From a virus (Duplodnaviria > Caudoviricetes): 56,023 nt of DNA. A model generated the notes under the pieces. That model was not told the DNA's origin, made no database searches, and worked only from the letters and a program-made list of their open reading frames with translations. Each line of letters begins with the position of its first letter. The first letter of the stretch is position 1. A program made the position numbers and the translations under genes. The stretch covers positions 1-56,023 of the IMG/VR virus record IMGVR_UViG_3300037310_000607; one strand, 5' to 3'. Of this stretch, positions 44,237-55,500 are shown piece after piece.

Positions 44237-44953
44237 CTAGATTAGCGACCGCCAGGCGTAGACATCGGCGGCGTCCTTCGAGCACACCTCGATGGTGTCC
44301 GCGACTCCGGCGCCCCCCTCGTCGAACCAGAACGTCCCGCGGGTTGTCGAATTGCAGGTCGGTTTCGAGCCAGCATCCGCCAGATCGAAGCCGGTCGCGC
44401 TCCAACGCGAGATCAGCGTCCCTCCGATAGTGACAGAGGCCTGCGACGTGCTGCCGTTCAACTCGATCTTGCTCGTGCTGGATACGAGTCGCGCGATCTC
44501 ACCGCCACTTGCCGTGGCCTCGAAGTAGGGCTGCGTGCTGGCGATCGAGTAGCTCTTGACGCGCACCGACGTGGTGTCGGGGAAGTACATGCCAGCCTGG
44601 CCGGCGGGGGAGGATGCGGTCGAGCCATAGGTGACGTTGTCGTCAGTGCCACCCGGCCCGCGGAACCTGGTGGTCGAAGTAACAAGGCTAGACGAAAACG
44701 TGACTCGGTTCGTGCCGCTCAGGCGCACTGCGATCTGCGATGTGACAGGCGAGCACACCCCAGTCGTCGCGTCGCTCGTGAAGGAATAAGGCGGCGTGGT
44801 GCAATTGTCGGCCGCTGGCGCAGCCAGTGGGTAACTCGGAGCCCCACCGCCACCGCCTCCAGCGGTTTGCGGCGGATAGCTCTGCTGCGCGAGGCCGATT
44901 GCCCCGAGTGCGATCGAGAAGGAGATCAGGAAGGCGAGGCCGCGACTCCTCAT
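44237..44953 (-). CDS. tail-fibre-like protein with signal peptide
   Basis: signal MRSRGLAFLISFSIALGAIGLA; PPYSFTSDATTG and KPTC...RGTFW...VC fibre-like motifs. Confidence 0.55.
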   Translation of the reverse strand: MRSRGLAFLISFSIALGAIGLAQQSYPPQTAGGGGGGAPSYPLAAPAADNCTTPPYSFTSDATTGVCSPVTSQIAVRLSGTNRVTFSSSLVTSTTRFRGPGGTDDNVTYGSTASSPAGQAGMYFPDTTSVRVKSYSIASTQPYFEATASGGEIARLVSSTSKIELNGSTSQASVTIGGTLISRWSATGFDLADAGSKPTCNSTTRGTFWFDEGGAGVADTIEVCSKDAADVYAWRSLI

Positions 44954-45708
44954 GGAGTCACCGCGATCGTGGCCGTGATCTCGTCCCTGGTCCCTCCGTC
45001 GGCCGTCACGTAGGCCAGACCCACGCGGCATTGCGTGAAGGGGTTCGGGGCGACGACGGCCGAGAGGCGTGCCGTGATGCCTGGCGTCGCGTAAGAGCAG
45101 CGATCGGTCGAGAGCGTCCCGCCGATGCCGCAGTCGCTCGACTCGCCTGGGTAGACGATCACCGGCTGCGAGCCAACCGAGCCGCTCTTGCACTCGAAGC
45201 GGACGACGAGCGCCGTCAGGTCTCCCGACTCGTACTGGACGGTGAGCGTGCCGGTCTTCCCGCCCGAGATGCTGATCCAGCCGTCGTCGGCCGTGGTGCC
45301 GCAGCTCTGGTCGAGCCAGGTGAACTGGTGCCCGGCGCTGTCGGTCAGCGTGAGCGCCGTTGAGACGGTGATCGAGGCGCCGCTCGCCTTCGCGGTCAGG
45401 ATCACCCGCTGGGTGACACCGTTCGCGTCGGTGACGATCAGCGTGTCGCCCACGACCAGGTTCGTGAATGGGTTCGTCGAAGCGGTAAACTCGGTGACGG
45501 TGGTGCTCGATCCGACCGTCTTGATCCTGGCGGATCCGACGAGCGCGGATCCGAACGGATCCCCCTGCTGGCCGCGGGCCGCGCAGTAGGTGAGCGACGT
45601 CGAGCCCACGTCGTAAAGGTGCGCGAAGGTCGCGAACTTCGGCGCCGTCTGGGCACCAGCGGTGGCGGCGAGCACCAGCGCGAGCAGAAACGGCAGCAGC
45701 TTCCTCAT
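44950..45708 (-). CDS. secreted beta-rich protein in tail-fibre block
   Basis: clear Sec signal MRKLLPFLLALVLAATAGA|Q; Thr/Ser/Gly-rich. Confidence 0.65.
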   Translation of the reverse strand: MRKLLPFLLALVLAATAGAQTAPKFATFAHLYDVGSTSLTYCAARGQQGDPFGSALVGSARIKTVGSSTTVTEFTASTNPFTNLVVGDTLIVTDANGVTQRVILTAKASGASITVSTALTLTDSAGHQFTWLDQSCGTTADDGWISISGGKTGTLTVQYESGDLTALVVRFECKSGSVGSQPVIVYPGESSDCGIGGTLSTDRCSYATPGITARLSAVVAPNPFTQCRVGLAYVTADGGTRDEITATIAVTP

Positions 45709-45965
45709 TCCGATTCTCCCTTCTTGCGGCGCCTCGGCGCCCTGAGCGCGTCCATTATCCGCTCTTCTTCGTTCTCGATGTGCGACAGCAGCTTCGCGCT
45801 CAGCTCACGCACCTCGTCCCTGGTCGCCTTCACCGTAGTCGCGACGCCGTTTTCCAGCTTGGTCTCCAGTGCGACGACCTTCTTCCCGAGGGCCACCGTC
45901 TCCTTCAGGTTCCAGCCGATCAGTGCGGTCCAGCCGAGCTTCACGAGCGTGTCGTAGTCGATCAT
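45705..45965 (-). CDS. small TM plus coiled-coil protein (holin/hemolysin-like?)
   Basis: LVKLGWTALIGW then coiled coil; AGGAG RBS. Confidence 0.5.
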   Translation of the reverse strand: MIDYDTLVKLGWTALIGWNLKETVALGKKVVALETKLENGVATTVKATRDEVRELSAKLLSHIENEEERIMDALRAPRRRKKGESE

Positions 45966-45966
45966 T

Positions 45967-47223
45967 TCAGACACCTACTCCCAGGAGCGCGAGCGATGGC
46001 ACCTCCGCTGCGACGGGGGTGTCGCCCATGCCGATGTACCAGAAGACCCGCTGCGTCGGGTCGGCGTCGTCCATCACGAACGTCACCCCGTCGCCGTCGA
46101 AGCTCTGCACGTCCATCTCCCCGACCATCCCTGCGCCGCCCGTGAGGTTCTGGTAGACCCCGTCGAACATGATCCCGTTCCAGACGTCGGACGTTCCGAG
46201 CCCGTCTGGCTCCTCGGTCGATTGGCACCCGCGAGAGGTGGGGGAGTTCGCCGCCCCCATCGAGATCATCATCTGGGCGTTCGGTGTGCCAGGCGTCGCG
46301 TTCTGGGAGGTGGCGCAGTGCGAAGCGACCATGACGCCGCGAGGCGTGAAGCCGTAGCCGCTCGTTACCGTCGTCGTGAGCGCCGTCTGCGTCAGGTCGT
46401 TGCCGACCTTCCAGCCGCCGCCCTTGATGGCGAGGTAGAGCATGGCGCAGGTGGCCGTGCCCTCGTTCCAGTTGATCGTGAAGCCGTCGCTGTCCATCGA
46501 GACGAAGGTGCCGCGGTTCACGGTCCCGGTGTTGGCCCTCACGAGGACGCACTCGTCGAAGCGCACGTAGCGTTCCGTGTTGGAGGTGCCGACAGCATCT
46601 TCCGAGTAGCCGAAGATGACACTCTGTTCGGCCGCCGACCGTGCAGCGCCGAAGCAGTAGCGGGCAGCGGAATCCGAGTCTGGGAATCCGCTCGCTTCCC
46701 CGGTGGCGAGCAAGAACAGCATGTCGGGCTGGAAGCCCACGCCGGTCACGGCCTGATTCCCGGTCGAGCCAGCCTTCGCGAAGCTCCCGACCTTGACGTT
46801 CGTGATGTCGGCGCCTCCGAGACAGAGCGCGTGGACGCGCGGCGAGTTGGCCGTCGAGGCGTCCTGATCGACGATGATCGTGAAGCCGTCCACGTCCATC
46901 GACACCAGGTCCCACCGACCCACCGCCAGGTCGGTGCCGTCCACCGTCATCACGAGCTGCTCGTTCCTGATCCCGCAGGCCGTCTCCGTCGTGCCCTCGT
47001 TGTCGTTCACCCACGCCGCGATGCAGCCGCGCTCCGAGGACGAGACTCCGAAGCCCATCCCGAAGTGGCTGTTCTGCGTGGCGACCGAATCGGTGGCCGA
47101 CTGGTTCCCGCCCCAGAACAGGATCACGGCCTTCGGCTGGAAGCCGACGCCGGTGATTGCCTGCGTCGTGCCGACCACATCGTCGGTCAGCAGGAACGAA
47201 ACTACCTTGGCAGAGAGCGCCAT
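45967..47223 (-). CDS. tail fibre/spike-associated protein with three internal repeats
   Basis: three repeats TGVGFQP/SGYGFTP ... DGFT/DGVT. Confidence 0.6.
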   Translation of the reverse strand: MALSAKVVSFLLTDDVVGTTQAITGVGFQPKAVILFWGGNQSATDSVATQNSHFGMGFGVSSSERGCIAAWVNDNEGTTETACGIRNEQLVMTVDGTDLAVGRWDLVSMDVDGFTIIVDQDASTANSPRVHALCLGGADITNVKVGSFAKAGSTGNQAVTGVGFQPDMLFLLATGEASGFPDSDSAARYCFGAARSAAEQSVIFGYSEDAVGTSNTERYVRFDECVLVRANTGTVNRGTFVSMDSDGFTINWNEGTATCAMLYLAIKGGGWKVGNDLTQTALTTTVTSGYGFTPRGVMVASHCATSQNATPGTPNAQMMISMGAANSPTSRGCQSTEEPDGLGTSDVWNGIMFDGVYQNLTGGAGMVGEMDVQSFDGDGVTFVMDDADPTQRVFWYIGMGDTPVAAEVPSLALLGVGV

Positions 47224-47227
47224 CGCT

Positions 47228-47560
47228 CTACGTGAACGCCAGCACCCGGTTCACGAACGCCGCCTGGGTGGTGTAGGCGTAGCGCCCCTCAGCGAGCATC
47301 AGGCAGTCGTGCATGAGGATGCGAAACTCAGGCCGCCGCGCCGCGGAGAGGCCCGCCGCTTTGGCGATGAGCGCGTCCAGATCGGCCTCCTCGGATGGCG
47401 CGATCCCGAAGGCGGCGATCACCTGCGCCCTGGTGACAGAGCCTCGGGCCAGCTCCGCGAGGCCGCCGACGAAGGCGTGGATGCCGAGCTTCGCCTCGCC
47501 CTCGGGCAGAGGAGCGGCCCCGCCGTTCGTGTAGCCGACCAGTCTGTCGAAGAGCGCCAT
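47228..47560 (-). CDS. hypothetical protein (fibre chaperone-like position)
   Basis: AGGAGG RBS; helical, 110 aa. Confidence 0.55.
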   Translation of the reverse strand: MALFDRLVGYTNGGAAPLPEGEAKLGIHAFVGGLAELARGSVTRAQVIAAFGIAPSEEADLDALIAKAAGLSAARRPEFRILMHDCLMLAEGRYAYTTQAAFVNRVLAFT

Positions 47561-47568
47561 GCTGCCTC

Positions 47569-48717
47569 CTAGGGGGCGAGGTAGTAGTCGGTGATGTTCA
47601 CGTCCACGTCGCCCGCGGCGTCGAGGTTCACGACGAGCGCCGTGTTCGACGTGAGCGCCCACCCGTGCGAGCCGAAGTCGATCAGAGATCCACCGCCGTT
47701 GATGCCCAGCTCCGCCCTCCAGCGCACCGTGCCTCCCGCGCCGTCCGTGAGCGCGACGACGCGCGTCGTGCCCGCCCGGTTGTGGACGCTCGCCCGCCTG
47801 ACGTGGATGCTGACGCCACCCCCGGGCGCGGCGATGACCGTCGTGTTCCCGCTCGCGGTCGCGTTCAGGCTGACGGGGGCCTCGGGGTTCGGGTGCCCGT
47901 CGATCGTCACGAGCCTGCCGTGCAGGTCCGCCCACAGGTGCGTGGCGTCGGCATCAGCAACAGCGGTCGGCTCGTTCATGTTCGCTCGCGCCCCCGCCAG
48001 CACGGGGTTGCCGGCGACGGCCGCGTCGTGCGCCGCGTTGCCCTGCACCGGGACCGGGTTCGTCCCGGCCGCGTTGTTCACCGTCACGTCGCCGATGTCC
48101 ACGCCAGGCTGCGTCTGGAGCGCGGCCGTCGCTGCTCCGGTCGGGAGAGGCAGCGACGCTGCGCTGATTGGTTGCGTTACGGCAGAGCCGTCCACCCTGA
48201 CTGCGCCAGCCGCCGTGATGTCGGCGATGTCTACCCCATCGGTGAGTAGCACACTGGCGATCCCGCTGATCGACACCGTGCCGTCCACCGTGAGAGATCC
48301 ACCGTTGTCGTCCACGCTCACCGGCTCGGTGAGGCCACCACCGGCCGCACCACCGGCCTCGGAGAGCGTCCCCTGGCCAGCCTTCACGGTGACGTCCGCC
48401 GTCCCCGCGGTGTAGGCCGAGACCCGCGCGCGGAAGTGATTGCACCCGCCGACGGCGACCGCCCAGATACCGTCGGTCGTCGTCGTGGTCGCGAGCGCAC
48501 CGTCTGAGAGTCGGATGCCTCGGGCCGCGGACCAGTTCGAGCCGTCCACGCTCGCCTCGAAGGCGATCGTCATCGTGCCGATGTTGGCGACCTGAACGGC
48601 CACGACCGCCTGGCCGTGGAGATCGACTTCGACTTCGGCGTTCAGCGCTCCGAGAGAGCCTGAGCCCTCGACGTCTTCGAGGACCGGGTTGCCTACCGCG
48701 TCTTGGATCCGGGCCAT
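47569..48717 (-). CDS. tail fibre-like protein
   Basis: VSVDDNGGSLTVDG, VDGSAVTQPIS, LPLPTGAAT fibre motifs. Confidence 0.6.
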   Translation of the reverse strand: MARIQDAVGNPVLEDVEGSGSLGALNAEVEVDLHGQAVVAVQVANIGTMTIAFEASVDGSNWSAARGIRLSDGALATTTTTDGIWAVAVGGCNHFRARVSAYTAGTADVTVKAGQGTLSEAGGAAGGGLTEPVSVDDNGGSLTVDGTVSISGIASVLLTDGVDIADITAAGAVRVDGSAVTQPISAASLPLPTGAATAALQTQPGVDIGDVTVNNAAGTNPVPVQGNAAHDAAVAGNPVLAGARANMNEPTAVADADATHLWADLHGRLVTIDGHPNPEAPVSLNATASGNTTVIAAPGGGVSIHVRRASVHNRAGTTRVVALTDGAGGTVRWRAELGINGGGSLIDFGSHGWALTSNTALVVNLDAAGDVDVNITDYYLAP

Positions 48718-48725
48718 CTCTCACC

Positions 48726-49523
48726 TCACGCGAGGACGTAGTTGAACTTGTACTTCCCGAGCACGCTCCCGAGCAAGCTCGTCGCGTAGACGCGGAAGCT
48801 CCCGGCGAGCGGCTGGCAGCGACAGTCGATCGCGTCGAATTCGGCCTCGTCAGCGTCTCGCCCCGTTGCCGCGGCGCCAGACTGGTTCATGATGATACGG
48901 GAAGCGGGCGTGCAGGCGGGGTCGATCACCGTGAAGACCTTCTCGACGACGGCTGGCGTGCCGAAGTCCAGCTCGACCTCGGCCATCGTTGGCACGCCGA
49001 GCGAGCCGAGCGACTTCCAAGTCTGATCTCCGGCGAGCACCGTAGTCGGGCTGGCGACGCCCGTCCCGAGCTGCCCGGTCGGGACGAGCGCACCGGCGTC
49101 GAGCGAGGCGTAGCCGTTCGCCATGCCCTCTTCGCTGCGGAGCTGATACTGCGGGTGGTCGTCGTCGCCGAGACCGTCGGTGCCCCCGTGGTCCACACGA
49201 TGCACGTGGTCGGCGCGCGCGAGAGCCTCCGAGATGCCCTCGAAGTTCGCCACACCCGTCGTGACCGGGATGTCCGTGACGACGCCGTGAACGTGTTTCG
49301 CGGTGGCGCTGCCGAGGGTCGGGTCTCCGACATCGGTCGGGACGACGCGGATCGGCTCCGGCGCGGTGTCGCCGGCCTCGCCGCCGACGCCCACCGGGAG
49401 CCCGCGGTCCAGAACGCCGGTGACGTACTCGATCCAGCGCTCGACGTGGTCGGCGCAGTCCGCCCAGACGCGGTGCTTGAGGCCCCGCGGCGGTGCGATC
49501 AGCTTCCGGCGGTAGAGCGGCAT
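48726..49523 (-). CDS. tail fibre protein
   Basis: ARADHVH, GLGDDDHPQY, NGYASLD, LAGDQTW motifs. Confidence 0.65.
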   Translation of the reverse strand: MPLYRRKLIAPPRGLKHRVWADCADHVERWIEYVTGVLDRGLPVGVGGEAGDTAPEPIRVVPTDVGDPTLGSATAKHVHGVVTDIPVTTGVANFEGISEALARADHVHRVDHGGTDGLGDDDHPQYQLRSEEGMANGYASLDAGALVPTGQLGTGVASPTTVLAGDQTWKSLGSLGVPTMAEVELDFGTPAVVEKVFTVIDPACTPASRIIMNQSGAAATGRDADEAEFDAIDCRCQPLAGSFRVYATSLLGSVLGKYKFNYVLA

Positions 49524-52500
49524 CAGGCCCGCAGTCTACTCGCAACCGAGCGGAGGACTGCCTTCCTGGCGGCGTCGTGTGCCATGCGGTAGAGGCTCTT
49601 GAGGACGTACTCCTGGTGCTCCGGCTGGAGATTCTCGAATTCCAGTGAGGCGGCGAGCCGCCGGGCCTGCGCGGTCGCGCGCGCGTTGTAGGCCCCGTAG
49701 ATCTCGCGCTCCTGGCGCGTGAGCGTCGCCTTGCGCCCGTAGGTGCCAGGGATCGTGATCTCGCGCGTCGGAGCCGACGGGATGTAGCCGGCGCGCAGGA
49801 ACGCGCGCTCCAGGTCCGCTTCCGAGCCCTTCTCCTTCGTGTAGCGGAACGGGCTGAAGAAGCGGGAGAACGGTCCCTCCTCACGTTGGACAGGCTCGCC
49901 CGTGCCGCTGAGACGCGACGGGAGCTGCTGTGAGAGACCAGGCACCCGGGCCATGATCGGCGGCACGATGTAGCCCAGACCACCCGGCAGCTCCATCTGG
50001 CTCGTGTCGCGGATCGTCGGGTCGATCGCGCGCGCGGCCGTCGCGAGCAGGTTCGGGACCGCCATCGCCCCGATCATCTTCTTCGCGTAGGTGCTGCCGT
50101 ACCGTTCCGGGTCCTGAACCGCCTCTACGAGCGAGGCGACGCCGTCCAGGTAGCTCTTCGACATGACGTTGTTCGTGAGCGTTGCCACGAGCTTGTCCGC
50201 CACGTCCCCAGCCTTCTTCGCGTCCTTCGCCTCGGAGAGATCCGCGGCGAGGCCGAGGATCGTGGCCATCGGCTCCAGGCGCGCCATCGAGACCCAGTTG
50301 TCGCCCACCTTCACGGCGTAGGGCTGCTTGCCGGTACGCTGCCAGGCGCGTTGCTCGTCCGGGTCGGTGGGGCCGGATCCGGTGATGAAGCCGGACTGCG
50401 CGAGCCCGTAGAGCGAGGCGCCGATCATCGAGCCCCACAGGCCGCGAGCCAGCTCGTCGGCCGCGGCGCCGCCGCGAGTCTCGCCCGTGTAGGCGCGTTT
50501 CGCCGCACGCGCGAGCCCGAGCGGAGTCCTGGCCATCGCTTGCGAGAGGATTCGGCTCGGCGTCGAGATGAACGGGACAAAGAGCGTCAGCCAGGGGTGC
50601 GTGGCGCGCAGATGGAGCGCGGCCCCCGTGAAGGCACCGACTTGGTCCTGGAAGGTGGACTGCTTCGCAGCCTCCGCGGCGCGCTCGCCCATCCCGGAGA
50701 GCTTCGGGTCGTTCAGGATCGCTCGCTCCGCCGCGCTCAGTGAGGCATCGCCCGCTAGCTGTCGCTGAAGGTCGATCCGGCGCCACTCCGCCATCTGCGT
50801 GCCGAGCTGCTGGCCGTTCTGGTTGATGAAGTCGCGCAGCTCCTTGCCCTGGAGGCCCTTCGCCCGCCCGGCGTTGAAGCCGTCACGGTAGGTCTCAGCG
50901 AAGACCTCGGCCTCGTAGGCTGCGGAGCGGGCCGCCTTGTCGAGTGCGCGGAGGAGACGGCCAGGCGTGCGCCAGACCTTGCCGAAGGTCCCGGGCAGCG
51001 CGGGCGGCCGGTACTCGCCCTTGACGGCCATCATCGTCGGGTCGAAGGGGTTCTCGCTCAGCGTGTCGCGGAGGACCTGCGTGAAGTGCTTCGCGCCGAA
51101 GCCGTGCTTCCACTGGCCCTTCAGCGCCTCGAAGGCCTCCCCGGGCAGCCGCTCCGGTGCCCGGCCCTGGCCCCTGGCGAGCGCCGCCTCGATGAGCCCG
51201 GAGAGACCGCGCTCTGGCGTGCGGAGCAGGACCTCGTGTCCCCAGTTGCCCGCGACGTTCGCTCCCCACGTCGGCGGCGCCGAGAGGATGTTGTTGATGA
51301 ACCACTCGTTCACCTTGTCCAAGAAGCTCGGCTTCAGGATCTCGCGCCCGAGCTTCTGCATCTTCGCGTGGTCCTTTTCGAGCACCGCGCGGGACAGCTC
51401 GTCGAGGAGCTTCGGCGAGAGGTTGCGTCGGAGGTTCGACTGGACGATCTGCTGGAACATCCGCTCTTCCGGCGTGAGGCCGGCCGAGAGCTTCTTGTGG
51501 ATGTTGAGCGCGCGCGCGACCTCGGCGCTGGCCGCGACACGGTGAGCTGTGATCGCCCCCCAGTTGAGCGCGTGCGAGATCATCTCGCGTTCGGCAGCTT
51601 CGGCGCCGATGTCGTCTCCGGCCTTGCGCGCCTCCTCCATGCGCGAGCGCGCGCTCTGGAAGCGCTCCGCCGCGTCGTTCATCAGTGCGCGGCCGCCCTC
51701 GATCGTGGCGTCGTCCACGACGCCCTGCTCCCTCACGACGCGCTTGAAGTCGGCCTCGGTGCGGCCGCTCTTCAGCCAGTTGTGGCGCGCCTCCTCCCAG
51801 GAGCGGTACTCCCGGTTCTGATTGAGCGTGCCCTTGAAGGCGTCGGCGAGGCGCTGCTGGGTCTCGCGCAGCTCGGTCGGCCCGCCCAGGCGCGTCGTGT
51901 TGATCGGGAAGTCTGTGCCGGCCGGCGTCTCCGGGCGGAGTGGTCCTTGCCTGGTGGCCGCCTCCGCCGCGGCCGCCCGGGCTTCGCCCCGTGTGGGCTC
52001 GACGACGTCGCGGATCCCGTATGGCGGCGGGGTCCTGCGCGGCGCCGGCCCTTCGCCGCCGAGCGGCGGCGCCACCGGTGGCTCGCCAGGGGGCGGGGTG
52101 CGGCCGCCTCCGGGTGGCGGTTCGCCTCCGCCGCCGAAGAGGTTGCGCGACCACTCCCACAGGTGGCGCAGCGACTTCGTCCCGCCCTCCAGTAGCCCGC
52201 CCAGACGCGAAGCCATTTCGCGCGCCCACGGCCCGAAGCTCGTGAGCCCGCTCTTGAGCAGCCGCGCGCCCATCGTGACCATGCTCCCGACGAGCTTCGC
52301 CGGCAGCAGGATCGGAGCCGCGAGCAGCTCGACGCTCACCGCGCCCGCCTCCGAGGCGCGCCGATCGACGACGGAGACCTTCTCCTTGCGGATCCCCTGG
52401 TAGGCCTCGGCCGCGCGCTCGGCGTCGCCGCGGGTGTTGAGCGGCTTCCCGGCGATCGTATCGACCGGGACGCCCTTCTCGTTGACGAGGACGAAGCGGC

Positions 52501-55500
52501 CAGAGAGCGGCGGGATCGGCCCCTTGATCTCCGGCTGACCCTTCTTCCGGCCCTTCACGTAGGCGTCCACGTTCACCGGCTGGCCCTTACCGGACTCGAA
52601 GTCGGCGCGCGCCTTGGCGACGGCCGCCTCTGCGTCGGCCACGAACTTCTCGTAGGCCGGCGTTCCCTCCGGCGGGACGTCGTCGAGCCCGAGCTTCTTC
52701 GCGGCCGCCTTCGAGACTCCGCCGAGGGCCTCGTAGCCGGCCCCGGTCTCGGCTTGCTCGCCGAAGGCCTTCGCGTTGCGCTCGGCGGCGTCGATCTGGC
52801 GCCGGAGCGCCGTCCAGGCGCGGAGCGGGTCCTGCCCGTAGATCTGGAGCGCCTGCTCGGTCGCGCTCATCCCGATCCCGCCACCTGCCTCACGGGCCGG
52901 CTGACGGGCCGCCGCGGCGCCGCTCAGCGGCCGCAACGGCTTCAGCTCTCCTGGGTGCGCCCAGCCCTTCTCGCCCGGCAGCTTCACGAAGCCCTCGGGG
53001 TGCTCGGCCGTGCCGGGCACGAACTCGCCGGTGAGCGTCTTGTGGAGGCGCTGCGCGGTCGCCGGCTCCAGCTTGAGCGTGCCGTCGTCTGGCACCTTGA
53101 TCGTGAGCGCGCCCTCCTTCTCGACGTCGAACTTCTTCGCGATCTGGTCTGCGACCGACTCGGCCTGCTTCTTCGTGAAGGCCGGGGCCTCGGGCGGCAC
53201 GCGCGTTGTGCGCCCACGCGGGGGCAGCTTCGCCTTCGCCGCGGGAATCACCCCTTCGGTCGTCATGGTCGGGTGGTGACGCTCGACGACGGTGTTCGTA
53301 GACGTGATCCCGAAGGGCTGCGTCTCGCCGGGCTTGAAGGCGTAGAGCGTCGGGAGCGGATCGTCCGTCGCGCGCCACTCCAGTTCCGGCACCGTCCCGC
53401 GCTTTCCCTTCGCGGTGCGCGTGGCCTCGGACATGATGTGTCCGACCTGCTCGGCGGCGCTCGCGACGATGCGGCCGTCCTGGAGCTTGATCCAGACGAC
53501 GTCCCGCTTCTTGCCATAGCCGCCCTCGAAGGCCGTCCCCTTGCTCCAGCCGACGATCGTGGCGGGCGCAGCCTTCTCGGCCGCCGTGAAGATCTGGCTC
53601 GCCTGCGGGTGGTCGAGCTGGGATGGCGGGACCTTGGGCGTCGCGCCGCGGACGAGCACGGTCCCGTCGCCCCAGTAGTTGCTGCCCTCGGGCGAGGACA
53701 GCTCGACCATGCGCGTCCCGTACCGTCCCCCGAAGCTCTTCGGGGCACGCGGCTTCGGCACGAAGCTCACCATCGGCTCCGCGCGCACACCCGTCTTGCC
53801 CTCCGGGACCTCGCCTACCTCAGCCGCGACTTCGGCTGGACGTGTCGGGGCTGGACGCGGGACCTCCGGCGCGGGCTCGATCTTCGGCGCCGCAGCCTTC
53901 GCCGCGCGAGGCGCGCGTGCAACGCGAGCCGGCTTCGGTGGTGCGACTGCCGCCTTGCCCTCGGTCGTCAGGCGATAGTCGGCCTGGTTCCGGTTGAACT
54001 TGACGAGGCCGTCAACTTCCAGCGAGCGGATCACCTTCCGCGCCGTGGGCGCGTCGAGGCCCTCCTGCTGGAGCATGTCGCTCGTCACGCGGCCGGCGTT
54101 CTCGCGAGCGACACGAAGGGCGAGCGCCTGGTTGTCAGGCGTCGCCTGCGGCTCCGCTACGCCGGGCTCTGGCCTCGCTTCCGGTTGACGTTCAGGCGCT
54201 CGACCAGCTCCTTCGCTTGGCGTTCGGCCCGCGCCGCGCCCGCCCGGGACTCCTCCTCGGACGTCAGCGGTCCCGACCAGCTCTCCCAGGGCGGCGCCAC
54301 GTAGGACTCGTCCGACGTCATCCGGCCTGTCGGCGTGCTCGGCGGCCCATTCTGATGCGGCCTTTCGGATGGCACTGCTCACCTCCTCCGGCTTGTATTC
54401 TAGCCCACGTAGGAACGAAACGCCAGCGGTATCGTTGAAAGTGCCGCCGCCGACGAGTACGGCCTTGGCCCCAGCGTTGTCTACCACGTGGACCGTGACG
54501 TCCGTTGGCCTGATCTTGCCTGCCTCGATGCCTTCGCCGAGCCACTCCCGGATCTTCAGATTCACCTGGGGAATCGTCGGGTAGGCCTGGGCGAAGTACG
54601 GTGCCTGGACCGCTCGTCCCTTGCCGAGCGCCCGATCGAGCGTCCGCTTGAAGTTCGGGCCGGGCTCGCCGCCGTGGATGTAGATGATGTCTGCGCGGCC
54701 GCCGGACTGGAGCGTCTGCGCGACCAGATCACGCGGCTTCGAGGCATCGACAGTGCCGTCTGGGTTGAACTTGCCGGCCATCGTCCCATCGAAGATGGCG
54801 AACGCCTTATCGACGAGGTGCGGCACCTGGCGCGAGGCCGTGGTCTTGCCGGATCCGGGAGCGCCGGCCATGAAGAGAACGCCCTTCGCCTTGTCGTCCG
54901 GCACCTTGCCGTCGCGGATTGCCGCGAGAGTCCTCTGGAATGCCTGCTTCACGATCCACGACGACGCCTCGTGGACGGCCGGCGCGTTCGCCGATCGCGT
55001 CTGGAGCGTCTCGGCGTACTCCGGGAACAGCTCCCGCGCCTCGTCGGCGTTCAGCTCGATCGTGCCGTTCTTCGAGTTGCGGCGGATGTACTCCTGGACG
55101 TACCACTCCGGGTCCGCTTCGACGCGCCGGTTGACCTCGGCCTGGATCTTCGACTGCGCCGGTGTGAGCCCAGCGTCGGCCGCGGCGCCTGCTCCATCTG
55201 GCAGTACGGGCAGCTTCGAGATCGCGCCTTCCGGCAGTGAGCCGGCGCGCGACTCGTGCGTCCACGTCTCCTCGGAGCGTGCGGTTCTCGGTTCGAGGGG
55301 AGCGTCAGGCGAGACTTCGAGGACCGGGCGCGGATCGTAGAACTGCTTCGTCGTCGGGTCCTGCTTGATGAGCCCCCGATCGACGGCTTCGCGGATCGCC
55401 GCGTTCGCTCCGCCCTCGCCGAGCTGATCGACGAGGCGCTCGCGGAGCGTCTCCAGCGTCATGAGCCTCGGCGCTTCGCCCTTCTTCGGAACCTCCGGGC

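Noticed and set aside
43298-49523. Diversity-generating retroelement or invertible tail-fibre cassette
   Set aside because: No reverse transcriptase, invertase or template/variable repeat pair seen
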